This document shows, one piece after another, positions 1-9,262 of a stretch of DNA of 64,000 nucleotides. A program made the position numbers and the translations under genes. The stretch is from NCBI GenBank assembly GCA_021802765.1, contig JAJZRI010000001.1:211509-275508 (forward strand). Reading direction: 5' to 3'. Below the pieces are notes generated by a model that saw only the letters and a program-made list of their open reading frames with translations, was not told where the DNA came from and ran no database searches. This stretch comes from Candidatus Micrarchaeota archaeon (GTDB lineage Archaea; Micrarchaeota; Micrarchaeia; Micrarchaeales; CABMGC01). The first letter of the stretch is position 1. Every line of letters starts with the position of its first letter.

Positions 1-2
1 TG

Positions 3-314
3 GCTGAAAACAACAGCGTGCGCGCGTGGAAGGAATATGCAGGCAACGGCGGCGCAACGTATCTGTACGTGCTTGACACAAATCCGGTGTCGCTGCTCTA
101 CTATTCGAGGATAATTTATCCGCAGGGGCTACTGAACTATCCGTTCTCGCTCTATGTAGTTGCGCCGGAGTACTCTGGCGCAAAGAATGCATCATGCCAA
201 AGCGCTTACGAGAAGATATATGGAACGCTGCTTAATCTTGCATCCTTAAACCCAAGCACGTTCAACTCCAACCTCGATGGATATTACTGCGCGTTCAGGA
301 GGCTGGTAAGATGA
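3..314 (+). CDS. Hypothetical protein, C-terminal part (truncated by window start)
   Basis: Frame is open from the window edge to a stop overlapping the next gene's ATG (ATGA); no recognised motif. Confidence 0.6.
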   Translation, partial: AENNSVRAWKEYAGNGGATYLYVLDTNPVSLLYYSRIIYPQGLLNYPFSLYVVAPEYSGAKNASCQSAYEKIYGTLLNLASLNPSTFNSNLDGYYCAFRRLVR

Positions 315-1267
315 TTAGGGAGTATTCAGCAGGAGCATTCGTGTACATGAAGAAAGATGACAGGATAGTCTTCCTTTTACTCGAGAAGGTGAACGGGGAG
401 TACGACATGCCAAAGGGACACATAGAAAAAGGCGAGAGCTCGGAGCAGGCGGCGGTGAGGGAGATTGGGGAGGAGACTGGGATTGATGCGAAGCTAGACA
501 AGTTCTTCTCGATATCTACTGGATATTTCTTTTTCAATGGAAGGCAAAAGGTTGCGAAGTCCGTCAAGTTCTTTCTGTGCGAGGTATATTCTGACAAGGT
601 AAGGATATCTAAGGAGCATAAGGGATACACTTGGTGCGACTATGAGACGGCTATGAAGAAACTCAAGTACAAGAACCTAAAGCAGCTGCTGACAGTTGTC
701 ATGGATTACGTATCGCGCAAGCAGGCAATCGGAAAGATAAATGAGGAGTACGCAGGGCTTGCTAAGAGCTCTTCTGACTGGGAGCTTAGCAAAAAGTTCG
801 TGCCGGGGGAAGGGAGGCTTGATGCAAAGCTCATGATAATAGGCCAAGCGCCAGGAGCCAGGGAAGACGAGCAGCTGCGGCCATTTGTAGGCAGGAGCGG
901 GCAGCTGCTGGACTCGCTGCTCAGGAAAGTCGGGATAGTTCGAGGAGACGCATACATAACAAGCGTGGTGCAATTCTTCCCTCCGGGCAACCGGCTCCCA
1001 TCAAAGAAGGAGGTGGCGCTGTGCAGACCCTTCCTTGAAAGGCAGATTGAGATAATAGGGCCCAGATACGTGATTGCGCTAGGCAACCTTTCGGCGGACG
1101 TAGTGCTTGGCAGCGGCGAAGTCGCAAAAAACCATGGAAAGATGATAGATAAGGATGGGCGCACATGCCTGATAACCTTCCACCCGGCAGCAGCACTACG
1201 ATTCAAGGATAATTACGGGCTCATGCTAAGCGACTTTAGGAAATTGCGGGAAAGGATGGGAAAATAA
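311..1267 (+). CDS. NUDIX (Ap4A hydrolase-like) / family-4-like uracil-DNA glycosylase fusion
   Basis: NUDIX box PKGHIEKGESSEQAAVREIGEETG plus SKEH; UDG motifs VPGEG, IIGQAPG..ED..RPFVGRSG, PPGNR, TFHPAAALR. Confidence 0.85.
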   Translation: MIREYSAGAFVYMKKDDRIVFLLLEKVNGEYDMPKGHIEKGESSEQAAVREIGEETGIDAKLDKFFSISTGYFFFNGRQKVAKSVKFFLCEVYSDKVRISKEHKGYTWCDYETAMKKLKYKNLKQLLTVVMDYVSRKQAIGKINEEYAGLAKSSSDWELSKKFVPGEGRLDAKLMIIGQAPGAREDEQLRPFVGRSGQLLDSLLRKVGIVRGDAYITSVVQFFPPGNRLPSKKEVALCRPFLERQIEIIGPRYVIALGNLSADVVLGSGEVAKNHGKMIDKDGRTCLITFHPAAALRFKDNYGLMLSDFRKLRERMGK

Positions 1268-1327
1268 GCCCGAAACTCGCCCAAATCATATCGTTATTTA
1301 TACCTTCCAAAAGACCTTACTAGGCGT

Positions 1328-1402
1328 GGGCTCGTAGCTCAGTCTGGTTAGAGCGTTCGACTGATAATCGAAAGATCGTGAGTTCAAATCTCATCGGGCC
1401 CA
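1328..1402 (+). tRNA. tRNA-Ile(GAT)
   Basis: Acceptor GGGCTCG/CGGGCCC+A, D-arm TAGCTCAG..TGGTTAGAGC, anticodon arm TTCGA-CTGATAA-TCGAA, T-loop TTCAAAT; no encoded CCA. Confidence 0.96.
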
Positions 1403-1445
1403 TACCGAATTAGGGGTTATATATGACCCCCATAATGAATTAGCA

Positions 1446-2285
1446 TTATGCGAAAGGATCAACTGCTGCTGTAAGCATGCGCACAAAATAATCTGTTATC
1501 GATGCAACCTTCAATTCGACGGCGCCTGACAGGGACGACTTCCCTTCGAGATAATATTTGGTTATCTGATCGCTTACTGGAGCAATCTCCTCGTCAAATA
1601 CTCTTCGCATGTTTTTTAACAGTTGTAGATGATGCGGATCTTGGCCCAGATCAACTAGGGCCCTCTTTGTCTCCTTTAGTAGCGACTCAACATCGGGGTC
1701 AGGGTTGAGCCTTGACATCTTGAGATTTTTGGCCAGCCCGCCTGAAATCTGGTCGATGTGCATCGCACCGCAAACGATGACCAGCGTGCCGATGGAGTTT
1801 GATGCAATGGCTTCGTTTATCTTTGAGAGCATGTGCTCCGAGCGCTCCGTTGAAGTCTTGGTTAGTGCGAGGTTGTGGATTTCACTGAGCGTTTTTATCA
1901 CCTCCGCATTGGCGCGGTAGGATATTGCCACATTATAGTATGCGGCGGTGACTTCGCCAAAAAATAGGTGTGGCATTACGCTATCCATGTAAACCGTGGA
2001 TACGCCCCTTTCATCACCGTATTTGAGGACGGCGCTTCCAAGCACATCCTCTTCGGCATGTATGGGAAAGAATTCACTAAGTATAGTTATGGGACCGGAG
2101 TTATTCTTGCGCAGCAAGTCCATTGCCTTGATGAATTCGTGGCTCTGCTTCTCGCCCATCGAATGACATGCGCTAAATGAGTATATTCTGGGAGATGCTG
2201 CTCCGGAGCGCAATGGCTCAGCTTGGAGATTCATTTTGTGCATTCTTTGCGCAAACATAAAAGTAATGGACATTTCCTCATACAT
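1446..2285 (-). CDS. Hypothetical protein (weak TraB/ChaN-like motifs)
   Basis: 279-aa ORF; ILSE and ERSEHM...VIVCGAMHI resemble TraB/Tiki-superfamily motifs; start uncertain. Confidence 0.5.
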   Translation of the reverse strand: MYEEMSITFMFAQRMHKMNLQAEPLRSGAASPRIYSFSACHSMGEKQSHEFIKAMDLLRKNNSGPITILSEFFPIHAEEDVLGSAVLKYGDERGVSTVYMDSVMPHLFFGEVTAAYYNVAISYRANAEVIKTLSEIHNLALTKTSTERSEHMLSKINEAIASNSIGTLVIVCGAMHIDQISGGLAKNLKMSRLNPDPDVESLLKETKRALVDLGQDPHHLQLLKNMRRVFDEEIAPVSDQITKYYLEGKSSLSGAVELKVASITDYFVRMLTAAVDPFA

Positions 2286-2354
2286 AAATGTGATGCATGG
2301 GCCGCTGCTTGGATGTTTTAAATACTTTGTCAGCCACTATATCCACCATCGGCG

Positions 2355-2972
2355 ATGGCTATGCCTTACTCCATTGAGGACGGAACTCTCCTGATAAAGG
2401 CTGCGCGGACGGCAATAGAGCTATCGCTTAAATCGCCAAGGTTCAGCAGATTGATGGTTGAGAGGATCTTATCGGGCTTCACGGAAAGCTCGGGAGTCTT
2501 CGTTACGCTTGAACATTATCCAACGATGAGCCTGCGGGGGTGCATAGGCTACCCAAACCCGATAGGGCCGCTAAAGCGGCTTCTGGTAGAAGCGGCGATA
2601 GCAGCGGCTTTCGAGGACCCGAGATTCACTCCAGTCTCTGAACCAGAGCTATCCGAACTCATTGTAGAGGTGAGCGTACTGAGCAAGCCCGAGCATATAG
2701 ACAGTTCCTCGCCGAGCGGAAGACTAAAGGAGATAAAGGTGGGCAGGGATGGCCTCATTATAAAGTACGGGTTCAAGTCGGGAGTTCTGCTGCCGATAGT
2801 CGCTGTCGAAGAGCTCTGGAACAAGGAGGAATTCCTCAGGAACCTCTGCATCAAGGCTGACCTTCCTGAAGACTCATGGAAAAGGCCCGAGATAGACCTA
2901 TATAAGTTCACTTCGCAGGTCTTCAGGGAGACCGAGCCTTCGGGGAATATTGAAGAAGTCCCGCTTGATTGA
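2355..2972 (+). CDS. AMMECR1 domain protein
   Basis: GVFVTL, LRGCIG, AAFEDPRF, EVSVLS, GRDGLI, SGVLLP signatures. Confidence 0.93.
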   Translation: MAMPYSIEDGTLLIKAARTAIELSLKSPRFSRLMVERILSGFTESSGVFVTLEHYPTMSLRGCIGYPNPIGPLKRLLVEAAIAAAFEDPRFTPVSEPELSELIVEVSVLSKPEHIDSSSPSGRLKEIKVGRDGLIIKYGFKSGVLLPIVAVEELWNKEEFLRNLCIKADLPEDSWKRPEIDLYKFTSQVFRETEPSGNIEEVPLD

Positions 2973-2981
2973 AGGATTGAA

Positions 2982-4043
2982 ATGAGAGTAATAATGCTAA
3001 TAGACATGGACTACTTCTACGTGGCATGCGAAGAGCTAAGGAATAAGGAGGTTGGTGCGCGTCCAACAATAGTCGGATCTGATCCAAAGCAAGGTGCTGG
3101 AAGGGGCGTTGTAATGACCTGCAACTATGCAGCTAGGAAATTCGGGATACACAGCGGCATGCCTATATCGATGGCTTATAGACTAAAGCCTGACGCCCTC
3201 TATCTTCCGCTGGACTACGAGTATTACGAATCAATATCTAGAAGGATAATGGGGAGGATAGAGGAATTCGCAGATAAGTTCGAGCAGGTCAGCATAGATG
3301 AGGCATTCATAGACGTCTCTGAGAAGATACGAAGTTATGGAAAGGCAATGGAGTATGCCGAGGAGATAAGAAGAGACATACTTGAGAGCGTTGGAATAAA
3401 ATGCTCGATAGGTATCGGCCCAAACAAGCTCATCGCCAAGATGGCCTGCGAGAGGTCAAAGCCCAACGGAGTCATGGCGGTTGGTGGGGGTGAGGTGAAA
3501 AGCTTTCTTTTAGAATCAAAGATAGAGGATCTCTACGGCATAGGCGCAAAGACTGCCGAGAGGCTAAAGAAGCTCGGATATGGCACGGTAGAGCAGTTGG
3601 CCAAGGCAGATAGCATGGTTCTTGCGGAGAATTTCGGCGCGCCGTTTGGCGCTGAGCTCAAGGCATTTGCAAGCGGGATTGACGAGCGCGAAGTGGTGGG
3701 CAATTACGACATAAAGTCAATAAGCAGGGAATTCACATTCGAAAAAGACACCAAGAATTCTCAGGAGATAAAGGAGGCTATAGGAAGGCTTAGCAAAGAG
3801 GTCGCAAAAGACGTTGAGAAGAACCAGGTCGCATTCAAGACAATAACGCTTAAGCTCAGGTACTTTGACTTCTCAGAGCATTTGCACAGCAGAAGCGTGA
3901 AGGCAACTAGCAGCCTTGAAACAGTGATAAGAACCGCATGCGGGCTCTATGACGATAACGTCGAAAAGAACAAGGATGTTAGAAAGATAGGCGTAAGAGT
4001 CTCGGGGCTTGTCAGCTACAAAGGCCAGAAGAGATTTGCGTGA
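2982..4043 (+). CDS. dinB: Y-family DNA polymerase IV (DinB/Dbh)
   Basis: IDMDYFY, NYAARKFGI, SIDEAF, SIGIGPNKLIAKMA, little-finger VRKIGV. Confidence 0.95.
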   Translation: MRVIMLIDMDYFYVACEELRNKEVGARPTIVGSDPKQGAGRGVVMTCNYAARKFGIHSGMPISMAYRLKPDALYLPLDYEYYESISRRIMGRIEEFADKFEQVSIDEAFIDVSEKIRSYGKAMEYAEEIRRDILESVGIKCSIGIGPNKLIAKMACERSKPNGVMAVGGGEVKSFLLESKIEDLYGIGAKTAERLKKLGYGTVEQLAKADSMVLAENFGAPFGAELKAFASGIDEREVVGNYDIKSISREFTFEKDTKNSQEIKEAIGRLSKEVAKDVEKNQVAFKTITLKLRYFDFSEHLHSRSVKATSSLETVIRTACGLYDDNVEKNKDVRKIGVRVSGLVSYKGQKRFA

Positions 4044-4045
4044 CT

Positions 4046-4249
4046 CTACTGGCGCCTTGCGGCCTTGAGATCGAAGTATTTCTTTAAAGCGTATGCTGAT
4101 CCTAGGATTCCGACCGGCCCTAGAGCGACGGCGGTTGCCTGCAAAGCAAGAAGCGCAGAGTTGCCAGTTATGGCCTCTGCGACGACCGAACCTACAACTG
4201 CCGCAGCTGCAAGATTCCTCCCCAGATGACCCTTTGTCCTTCCCTCCAT
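4046..4249 (-). CDS. Small hydrophobic hypothetical protein
   Basis: 67-aa ORF filling the gap, GTGA SD-like element upstream, two hydrophobic segments. Confidence 0.5.
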   Translation of the reverse strand: MEGRTKGHLGRNLAAAAVVGSVVAEAITGNSALLALQATAVALGPVGILGSAYALKKYFDLKAARRQ

Positions 4250-4343
4250 ATCACTTTACCCTGATAGTACTTGGACGGGAAGCCTTATAAAAAGATTATA
4301 CAAGAATCTGTGATTTGTCGATTAGAAGCAAGATATTGCAGCA

Positions 4344-5273
4344 TCATTTTTCACTGCCTAGGCCTGCAAGATACTCCCTTACGGCAAGCGCCGCCTTTAC
4401 GCCGCTTCCGCTAGCCGTTGCCGCCTGCCTAAAGACATGGTCTGCTACGTCGCCCGCAACGAAGACGCCCTCGACGTTAGTGTAGACCTCATCCCTTGCG
4501 GGGACTATATACCTCTTTTCATCGAGCGTTATCTGCCCGGCGAAGATCTCGGTGTTTGGGGAGTAGCCTATCGCCACGAAGACCCCATCGGTCTTCATCT
4601 CCTGCACCTGACCTGTGGCGACGTTCTTTAGCGCCACTGATCCGACAGACTTGTCGCCCCTTATCTCCTCTATCACTGTATCAAATACTATCTTTATCTT
4701 TGGATTGGACTTTAGCCTGTCCTGCATTATCTTGCTCGCCCGCAGTGCCGAGCCCCTATGGATTATCGTAACGCTACTTGCAAACCGGGTCAGAAATAGT
4801 GAGTCCTCAGCCGCGGTATCCCCGCCGCCGATTGTCACCACGCCTTTGCCCTTGTAAAATGGGCCGTCACACGTGGCACAGTTTGAAACGCCATGGCCTA
4901 TAAACTTCTTCTCAGAAGGTATGCCGAGCCATTTCGCGTTGGCACCGGTCGCTATTATAACGGCATTGGATTCGTAAGTCTTACCGTCCGCAGTCATCTT
5001 GAAAGGCCTCTTGCTAAAATCCACGGCAGTAGCATTTGAGTCTATGAATCTGGTGCCAAATTTTTCCGCCTGCTTTCTCATCTGAGATATAAGCACCGGA
5101 CCATCTATGCCTTCCGGGAATCCCGGGAAGTTCTCCACCACTGTTGTGAGAAGCAGCTGCCCGCCTGGGCTAAAGCCGCCTATGACCAGGGGCTCAAAGC
5201 CCTCCCTTGAAGCGTATATCGCAGCTGAGAGACCTGCAGGGCCCGATCCGAGTATTATCACTTTTTCTACCAT
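4344..5273 (-). CDS. trxB: Thioredoxin-disulfide reductase
   Basis: GSGPAG, CATCDG redox motif, GGGDTA, AGDV; start placed at MVEKVII. Confidence 0.96.
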   Translation of the reverse strand: MVEKVIILGSGPAGLSAAIYASREGFEPLVIGGFSPGGQLLLTTVVENFPGFPEGIDGPVLISQMRKQAEKFGTRFIDSNATAVDFSKRPFKMTADGKTYESNAVIIATGANAKWLGIPSEKKFIGHGVSNCATCDGPFYKGKGVVTIGGGDTAAEDSLFLTRFASSVTIIHRGSALRASKIMQDRLKSNPKIKIVFDTVIEEIRGDKSVGSVALKNVATGQVQEMKTDGVFVAIGYSPNTEIFAGQITLDEKRYIVPARDEVYTNVEGVFVAGDVADHVFRQAATASGSGVKAALAVREYLAGLGSEK

Positions 5274-5361
5274 ATAAAAAACCAAGGAATTGTAAATCAA
5301 TCATATTATTGGCACAATAAATATAAAAGACTTGCACGGCACTCCACTAAATGGCGAGCAG

Positions 5362-6324
5362 ATGGCATTGCATGTTGGAGGCTATAGGATATCTTTGGAT
5401 GCAAAGGAATCTGAGGCAAACCTTAACTTTGTCTCGCACGCGCATTCTGACCACACTGGGGGGGTTAGGAAAAATAGTGAGATACTGTGCAGCGAGATCA
5501 CTAGGGACTTATTGAGCACCAGGGTAAGATATGAGCTCAAGATGGTCGGGACGCCCGGTGGAGTCAAGCTGCTCAATGCAGGCCATATGCTGGGGTCAAA
5601 GCAGCTCTATGTGGAATCGGATGCGCTGGGCGCGGTAGTCTACACCGGAGATTACCAGATGCAGATGTCTCCGGTGGCGGAAGGCATCGAGATAAAGCAG
5701 GCCGACACGCTTATAATAGACTCTACTTACCCCTTCCCCAACGTCGTATTTGAGGAGAAGGCTGAGGTCATAACAGCAATGCAGCATTACATAAGATCCA
5801 AGATGGATATAGGTAGCACCCTCTTTGGCGCATACGCAATGGGAAAGGCGCAGGAGCTGATAAAAATATGCAATGACATGGGAGTCACGCCAATAGTAGA
5901 CCAGCCGATAGCCAGGGTGAGTGAGGTCTACTCCAGGCATGGTGTGAAGCTGGACTATGTTGAGAGGAACCTGCATGAGGGCATAGTCTATCCTGATTTC
6001 TCGGTGCCAGTGTGGATAGTCAGCATGCATAGGATGGACATGGTACGCGCCAATGTGGCGGCGCTCGGCAAGAGGATATTCACAGGCCTTGCGACAGGTT
6101 TTGCGATGACGCAGAGGTTCAACACCGACGTGCAATTCGCCCTGAGCGACCATGCCGACTTTAATCAGGCCGTTGAATATATAGAGGCATGCCGGCCTAG
6201 AAGAATATACACCCGCGGGTCGGGGAAGGATACTTTTGCAAGGAATCTAAAAGCGGCAGGGTACAACGCCGGTCAACTTGGCGGACATACAGAATTCGCC
6301 CAACTTCTTGCAGAAGAGGTTTAG
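5362..6324 (+). CDS. MBL-fold / beta-CASP-type exonuclease
   Basis: SHAHSDH, AGHMLGS, YTGD, IDSTY, YAMGKAQE, LSDHAD. Confidence 0.85.
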   Translation: MALHVGGYRISLDAKESEANLNFVSHAHSDHTGGVRKNSEILCSEITRDLLSTRVRYELKMVGTPGGVKLLNAGHMLGSKQLYVESDALGAVVYTGDYQMQMSPVAEGIEIKQADTLIIDSTYPFPNVVFEEKAEVITAMQHYIRSKMDIGSTLFGAYAMGKAQELIKICNDMGVTPIVDQPIARVSEVYSRHGVKLDYVERNLHEGIVYPDFSVPVWIVSMHRMDMVRANVAALGKRIFTGLATGFAMTQRFNTDVQFALSDHADFNQAVEYIEACRPRRIYTRGSGKDTFARNLKAAGYNAGQLGGHTEFAQLLAEEV

Positions 6325-6551
6325 CCGTATCATACTTATTCTTTAAGCATCAAGGGCGGCCTGGGCCGCCCAAGATTTCTAGGTGATGCCAGCACACGCA
6401 GGCACAGTATCTTACGCACCTAACAAATATAAATGTTTCTTTAAGTATAATATCTTGTAGTAAGGTATATATAGTTTATTTGAGTAAAATAGATTGCATA
6501 ACGCGACGCCCGACGCTATACAAGATGGGCACACTTTTTCTAGGTGATTTA

Positions 6552-6890
6552 ATGGGAGCCGGAATAAAATATATGGGAGAGAAGAGGAGGAAGGCTGCGT
6601 TGAGGAGTGCAATCTGGAGCAATATGGAATATCTTGTTCCGCCAGACTTCGACTACGATGCCGCAAGCGAGATAGTATCTCAGTTGTGCGGGGTCGTTAG
6701 CACGGTTGCCGAAGACTTCAAGAACGTGGCAGAATTTGACAGGATAGGATACAGGAAGCAGCACTGGTATGCGCTACACGTGCACATATCAGGAGACAGG
6801 ATGACTGTGCAGAATACATTAGAGGGGGCGAACTGCACGCCCTACGACCCACCAGCACACGGCGGCATTTTATTTTGCGCGGCGCATTGA
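6552..6890 (+). CDS. Hypothetical protein
   Basis: ORF with GGTGA SD just upstream of ATG 6552. Confidence 0.5.
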   Translation: MGAGIKYMGEKRRKAALRSAIWSNMEYLVPPDFDYDAASEIVSQLCGVVSTVAEDFKNVAEFDRIGYRKQHWYALHVHISGDRMTVQNTLEGANCTPYDPPAHGGILFCAAH

Positions 6891-6936
6891 CCAGAAGGCG
6901 CAAAGGTTTATTACCTTCGGTTTGGATAATTATTTC

Positions 6937-7485
6937 ATGCCTGAAGACGCGCCGGCGTGGATGCTTTGCGAGGACATGATAACGCGGCTCAAGGACGAGC
7001 TAATACTTGAGGCAATAGACCTACTTCATGACGAACTCAAGGCTGGAAGAGTTGACATAAGCGGATACGTGGCGCTTCTGCCTGACAGGTCGGATGAGCT
7101 TCAAAAAGACATGTATATAATAGGCAATCTGGTGCAGAGGGAGTCGGAGATAGAGGAGCAGTACAGGCCGCTCATTGAGAACGCCGCAAATGAAAAGGAT
7201 CCGGAAAAGGTAGCTGCGATTGAGAGACTGGGGAAGTTCCTGCTTTCTGTGCGTGCGATAACCACGCTTATGAGGCTTAGCGAGATTGCGGGAGAATGGG
7301 CACAAGGCACTGGGAAATATTCAAGATACGCAGATAGGAAGGAGATACTGTCAAAGAGCATGGCTGAGGACGGCGCAAGATGCGAGCTGGTTGACTTTGC
7401 TCTCTCCAGCAGGAAGTTCATTAGCAGCAAGGCGCTAACGGATGAAGAGATAGCAATACTTAGGCAGGCAAGGCCTTCCACTTAG
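6937..7485 (+). CDS. Hypothetical alpha-helical protein
   Basis: Long ORF with host-like codon usage. Confidence 0.65.
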   Translation: MPEDAPAWMLCEDMITRLKDELILEAIDLLHDELKAGRVDISGYVALLPDRSDELQKDMYIIGNLVQRESEIEEQYRPLIENAANEKDPEKVAAIERLGKFLLSVRAITTLMRLSEIAGEWAQGTGKYSRYADRKEILSKSMAEDGARCELVDFALSSRKFISSKALTDEEIAILRQARPST

Positions 7486-8377
7486 AGCTATCTACTCCTG
7501 CGCGATCTGCGGCGATTAGAAGCGAGCCCAGGGCCGGTGGCTGGATTATCTCAGAGGAGTCAAGACCGCGCTCTCCAAGCCTCTTTGTGAAGTTCTGCCT
7601 GAATCTCTCGAACCTAAATACGCCTCCTTTCATATAAACATGTTTTACTCCGATGGACTTCGCAATGGATATTGCATTGTCGGCAAGGTAAGTGCTTGCC
7701 CTCTCAAGTATGGAGATCGCCACGGTGTCTGCCAAGTTTGCGGCTTTGTTTACTGCTATAGCTGCTCCGGCGATATTGGCTACGCTGCCGGAATCGGAGT
7801 ACGCCCATTTCATCAGCTCATCGGGATTCTTCAATGAGAGATGATCGAGCATGTGGTTTTTAAGCGGCGTTTCCTCCTGCTCCTCGAATATCATCCTTGC
7901 AGCAGCGCGCAGGCCTTCCTTGCCTATGTAATATCCAGATGCATCATCGCCAAGAAGCCAGCCCATGTCGCAGCGCCTATGCCTCTTCCTGCCATCATAC
8001 CCGAGCACCACGCTTCCTGTGCCAGATATTGCAATCACGCCTGGCGCGCCGCGTGTCTTTATGTAAAGCTCGGCGTAGGCATCATGCTCTAGCAGAGCGC
8101 CGGGATATTCTTCCTGCAGCCTTTTGCTGAGCAGATTAAAATCCGAGTCGCTGTTTATTGCAGCAAGAGCAACGCACAGGTGGTCTGGCTTTTGCGCCCC
8201 CGCCGCCTTGAGCGCCTTGCGTATGGATGCCATTGTTGAGGCTATGCCTATGTTGTGGTAGTTTGACGGGCCACTTATGCCCTTGCCTACAACCCTGCCT
8301 TTTTCGTCGCAGCAGATTACCTCCGTGTCAGTGCCGCCGCCATTGACCCCAGCAATTATCATTTGCCTCAGCATCAT
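7460..8377 (-). CDS. BadF/BadG/BcrA/BcrD family sugar (N-acetylglucosamine-like) kinase
   Basis: GVNGGGTDT, GPSNY, HDAY, ISGTGS, GWLLGDDASG. Confidence 0.88.
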   Translation of the reverse strand: MMLRQMIIAGVNGGGTDTEVICCDEKGRVVGKGISGPSNYHNIGIASTMASIRKALKAAGAQKPDHLCVALAAINSDSDFNLLSKRLQEEYPGALLEHDAYAELYIKTRGAPGVIAISGTGSVVLGYDGRKRHRRCDMGWLLGDDASGYYIGKEGLRAAARMIFEEQEETPLKNHMLDHLSLKNPDELMKWAYSDSGSVANIAGAAIAVNKAANLADTVAISILERASTYLADNAISIAKSIGVKHVYMKGGVFRFERFRQNFTKRLGERGLDSSEIIQPPALGSLLIAADRAGVDSSKWKALPA

Positions 8378-8426
8378 ATCTCCAGCAAGCTTAATATCGC
8401 TTTACGGCAAGTATATGCTGGATTTA

Positions 8427-9251
8427 ATGGCGCTTGTAGGCAGGCACGTCTCTATTGCCGGAGGGCTCGATCTTGCATATGACAGATCTGTTGCACTTGA
8501 TGCCACTGCGATGCAGATCTTCGTTACCAATCCGCGCGGATGGTCGATGAGCGCGCTGTCGGACGAAGCTGTGGAGGCTTTTAGGAGGAAGGGGAGACAG
8601 ACCAAGATAGCCACTATAGCGCACATGCCGTACCTTCCGAATATAGCCTCATCCAATAGCGAGTCGTTCAAAAAGTCTGTTGCCTCGCTCATAGAAAACA
8701 TGGAGAGGTGCAAACGACTTGATATAGGATACCTTGTAACGCACATGGGAAGCCATATGGACCAGGGGAAGGAGAAGGGACTTGCCAACGTGGCAAGGGC
8801 TGTGAGGGAGGCTCTGGATAACGTCGATGATGTAAGCATACTTCTCGAAAATGAGGCCGGGCATAAGAACAGCGTAGGCGACAGGATCGAGGACCTTGCA
8901 GCTGTGGCGGATGAGGTGGATGGGAAGCGGCTTGGATTTTGCCTGGATACGTGCCATCTCTTCGCATCGGGATATGATATAGGAAAGCACGAAGTACTTG
9001 ATGAAATGTTTGGCAAATTGGACATTAAGAAGGTGAAGGCAATACATTTAAACGACGCGATGAAGGATCTCGGATCGAACCTTGACAGACACGCGAACAT
9101 AGGTTACGGATACATCGGGAATGATAGGTTCAGAAGCTTCCTGAAGTATGGGGAAATCGCCTCCAAGATAGTAGTGCTTGAGACCCCAGTTGATCTTGAA
9201 ATAAGCGAGGAGGACGAGCTGACCCTAGCAAAGAGTCTTTTTCCTAAATAA
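8427..9251 (+). CDS. nfo: Endonuclease IV (AP endonuclease)
   Basis: GRHVS, QIF..NPR, HMPYLPN, LLENEAG, CLDTCH, HLND, DRH, LETP. Confidence 0.95.
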   Translation: MALVGRHVSIAGGLDLAYDRSVALDATAMQIFVTNPRGWSMSALSDEAVEAFRRKGRQTKIATIAHMPYLPNIASSNSESFKKSVASLIENMERCKRLDIGYLVTHMGSHMDQGKEKGLANVARAVREALDNVDDVSILLENEAGHKNSVGDRIEDLAAVADEVDGKRLGFCLDTCHLFASGYDIGKHEVLDEMFGKLDIKKVKAIHLNDAMKDLGSNLDRHANIGYGYIGNDRFRSFLKYGEIASKIVVLETPVDLEISEEDELTLAKSLFPK

Positions 9252-9262
9252 AAGGCGGGAAC

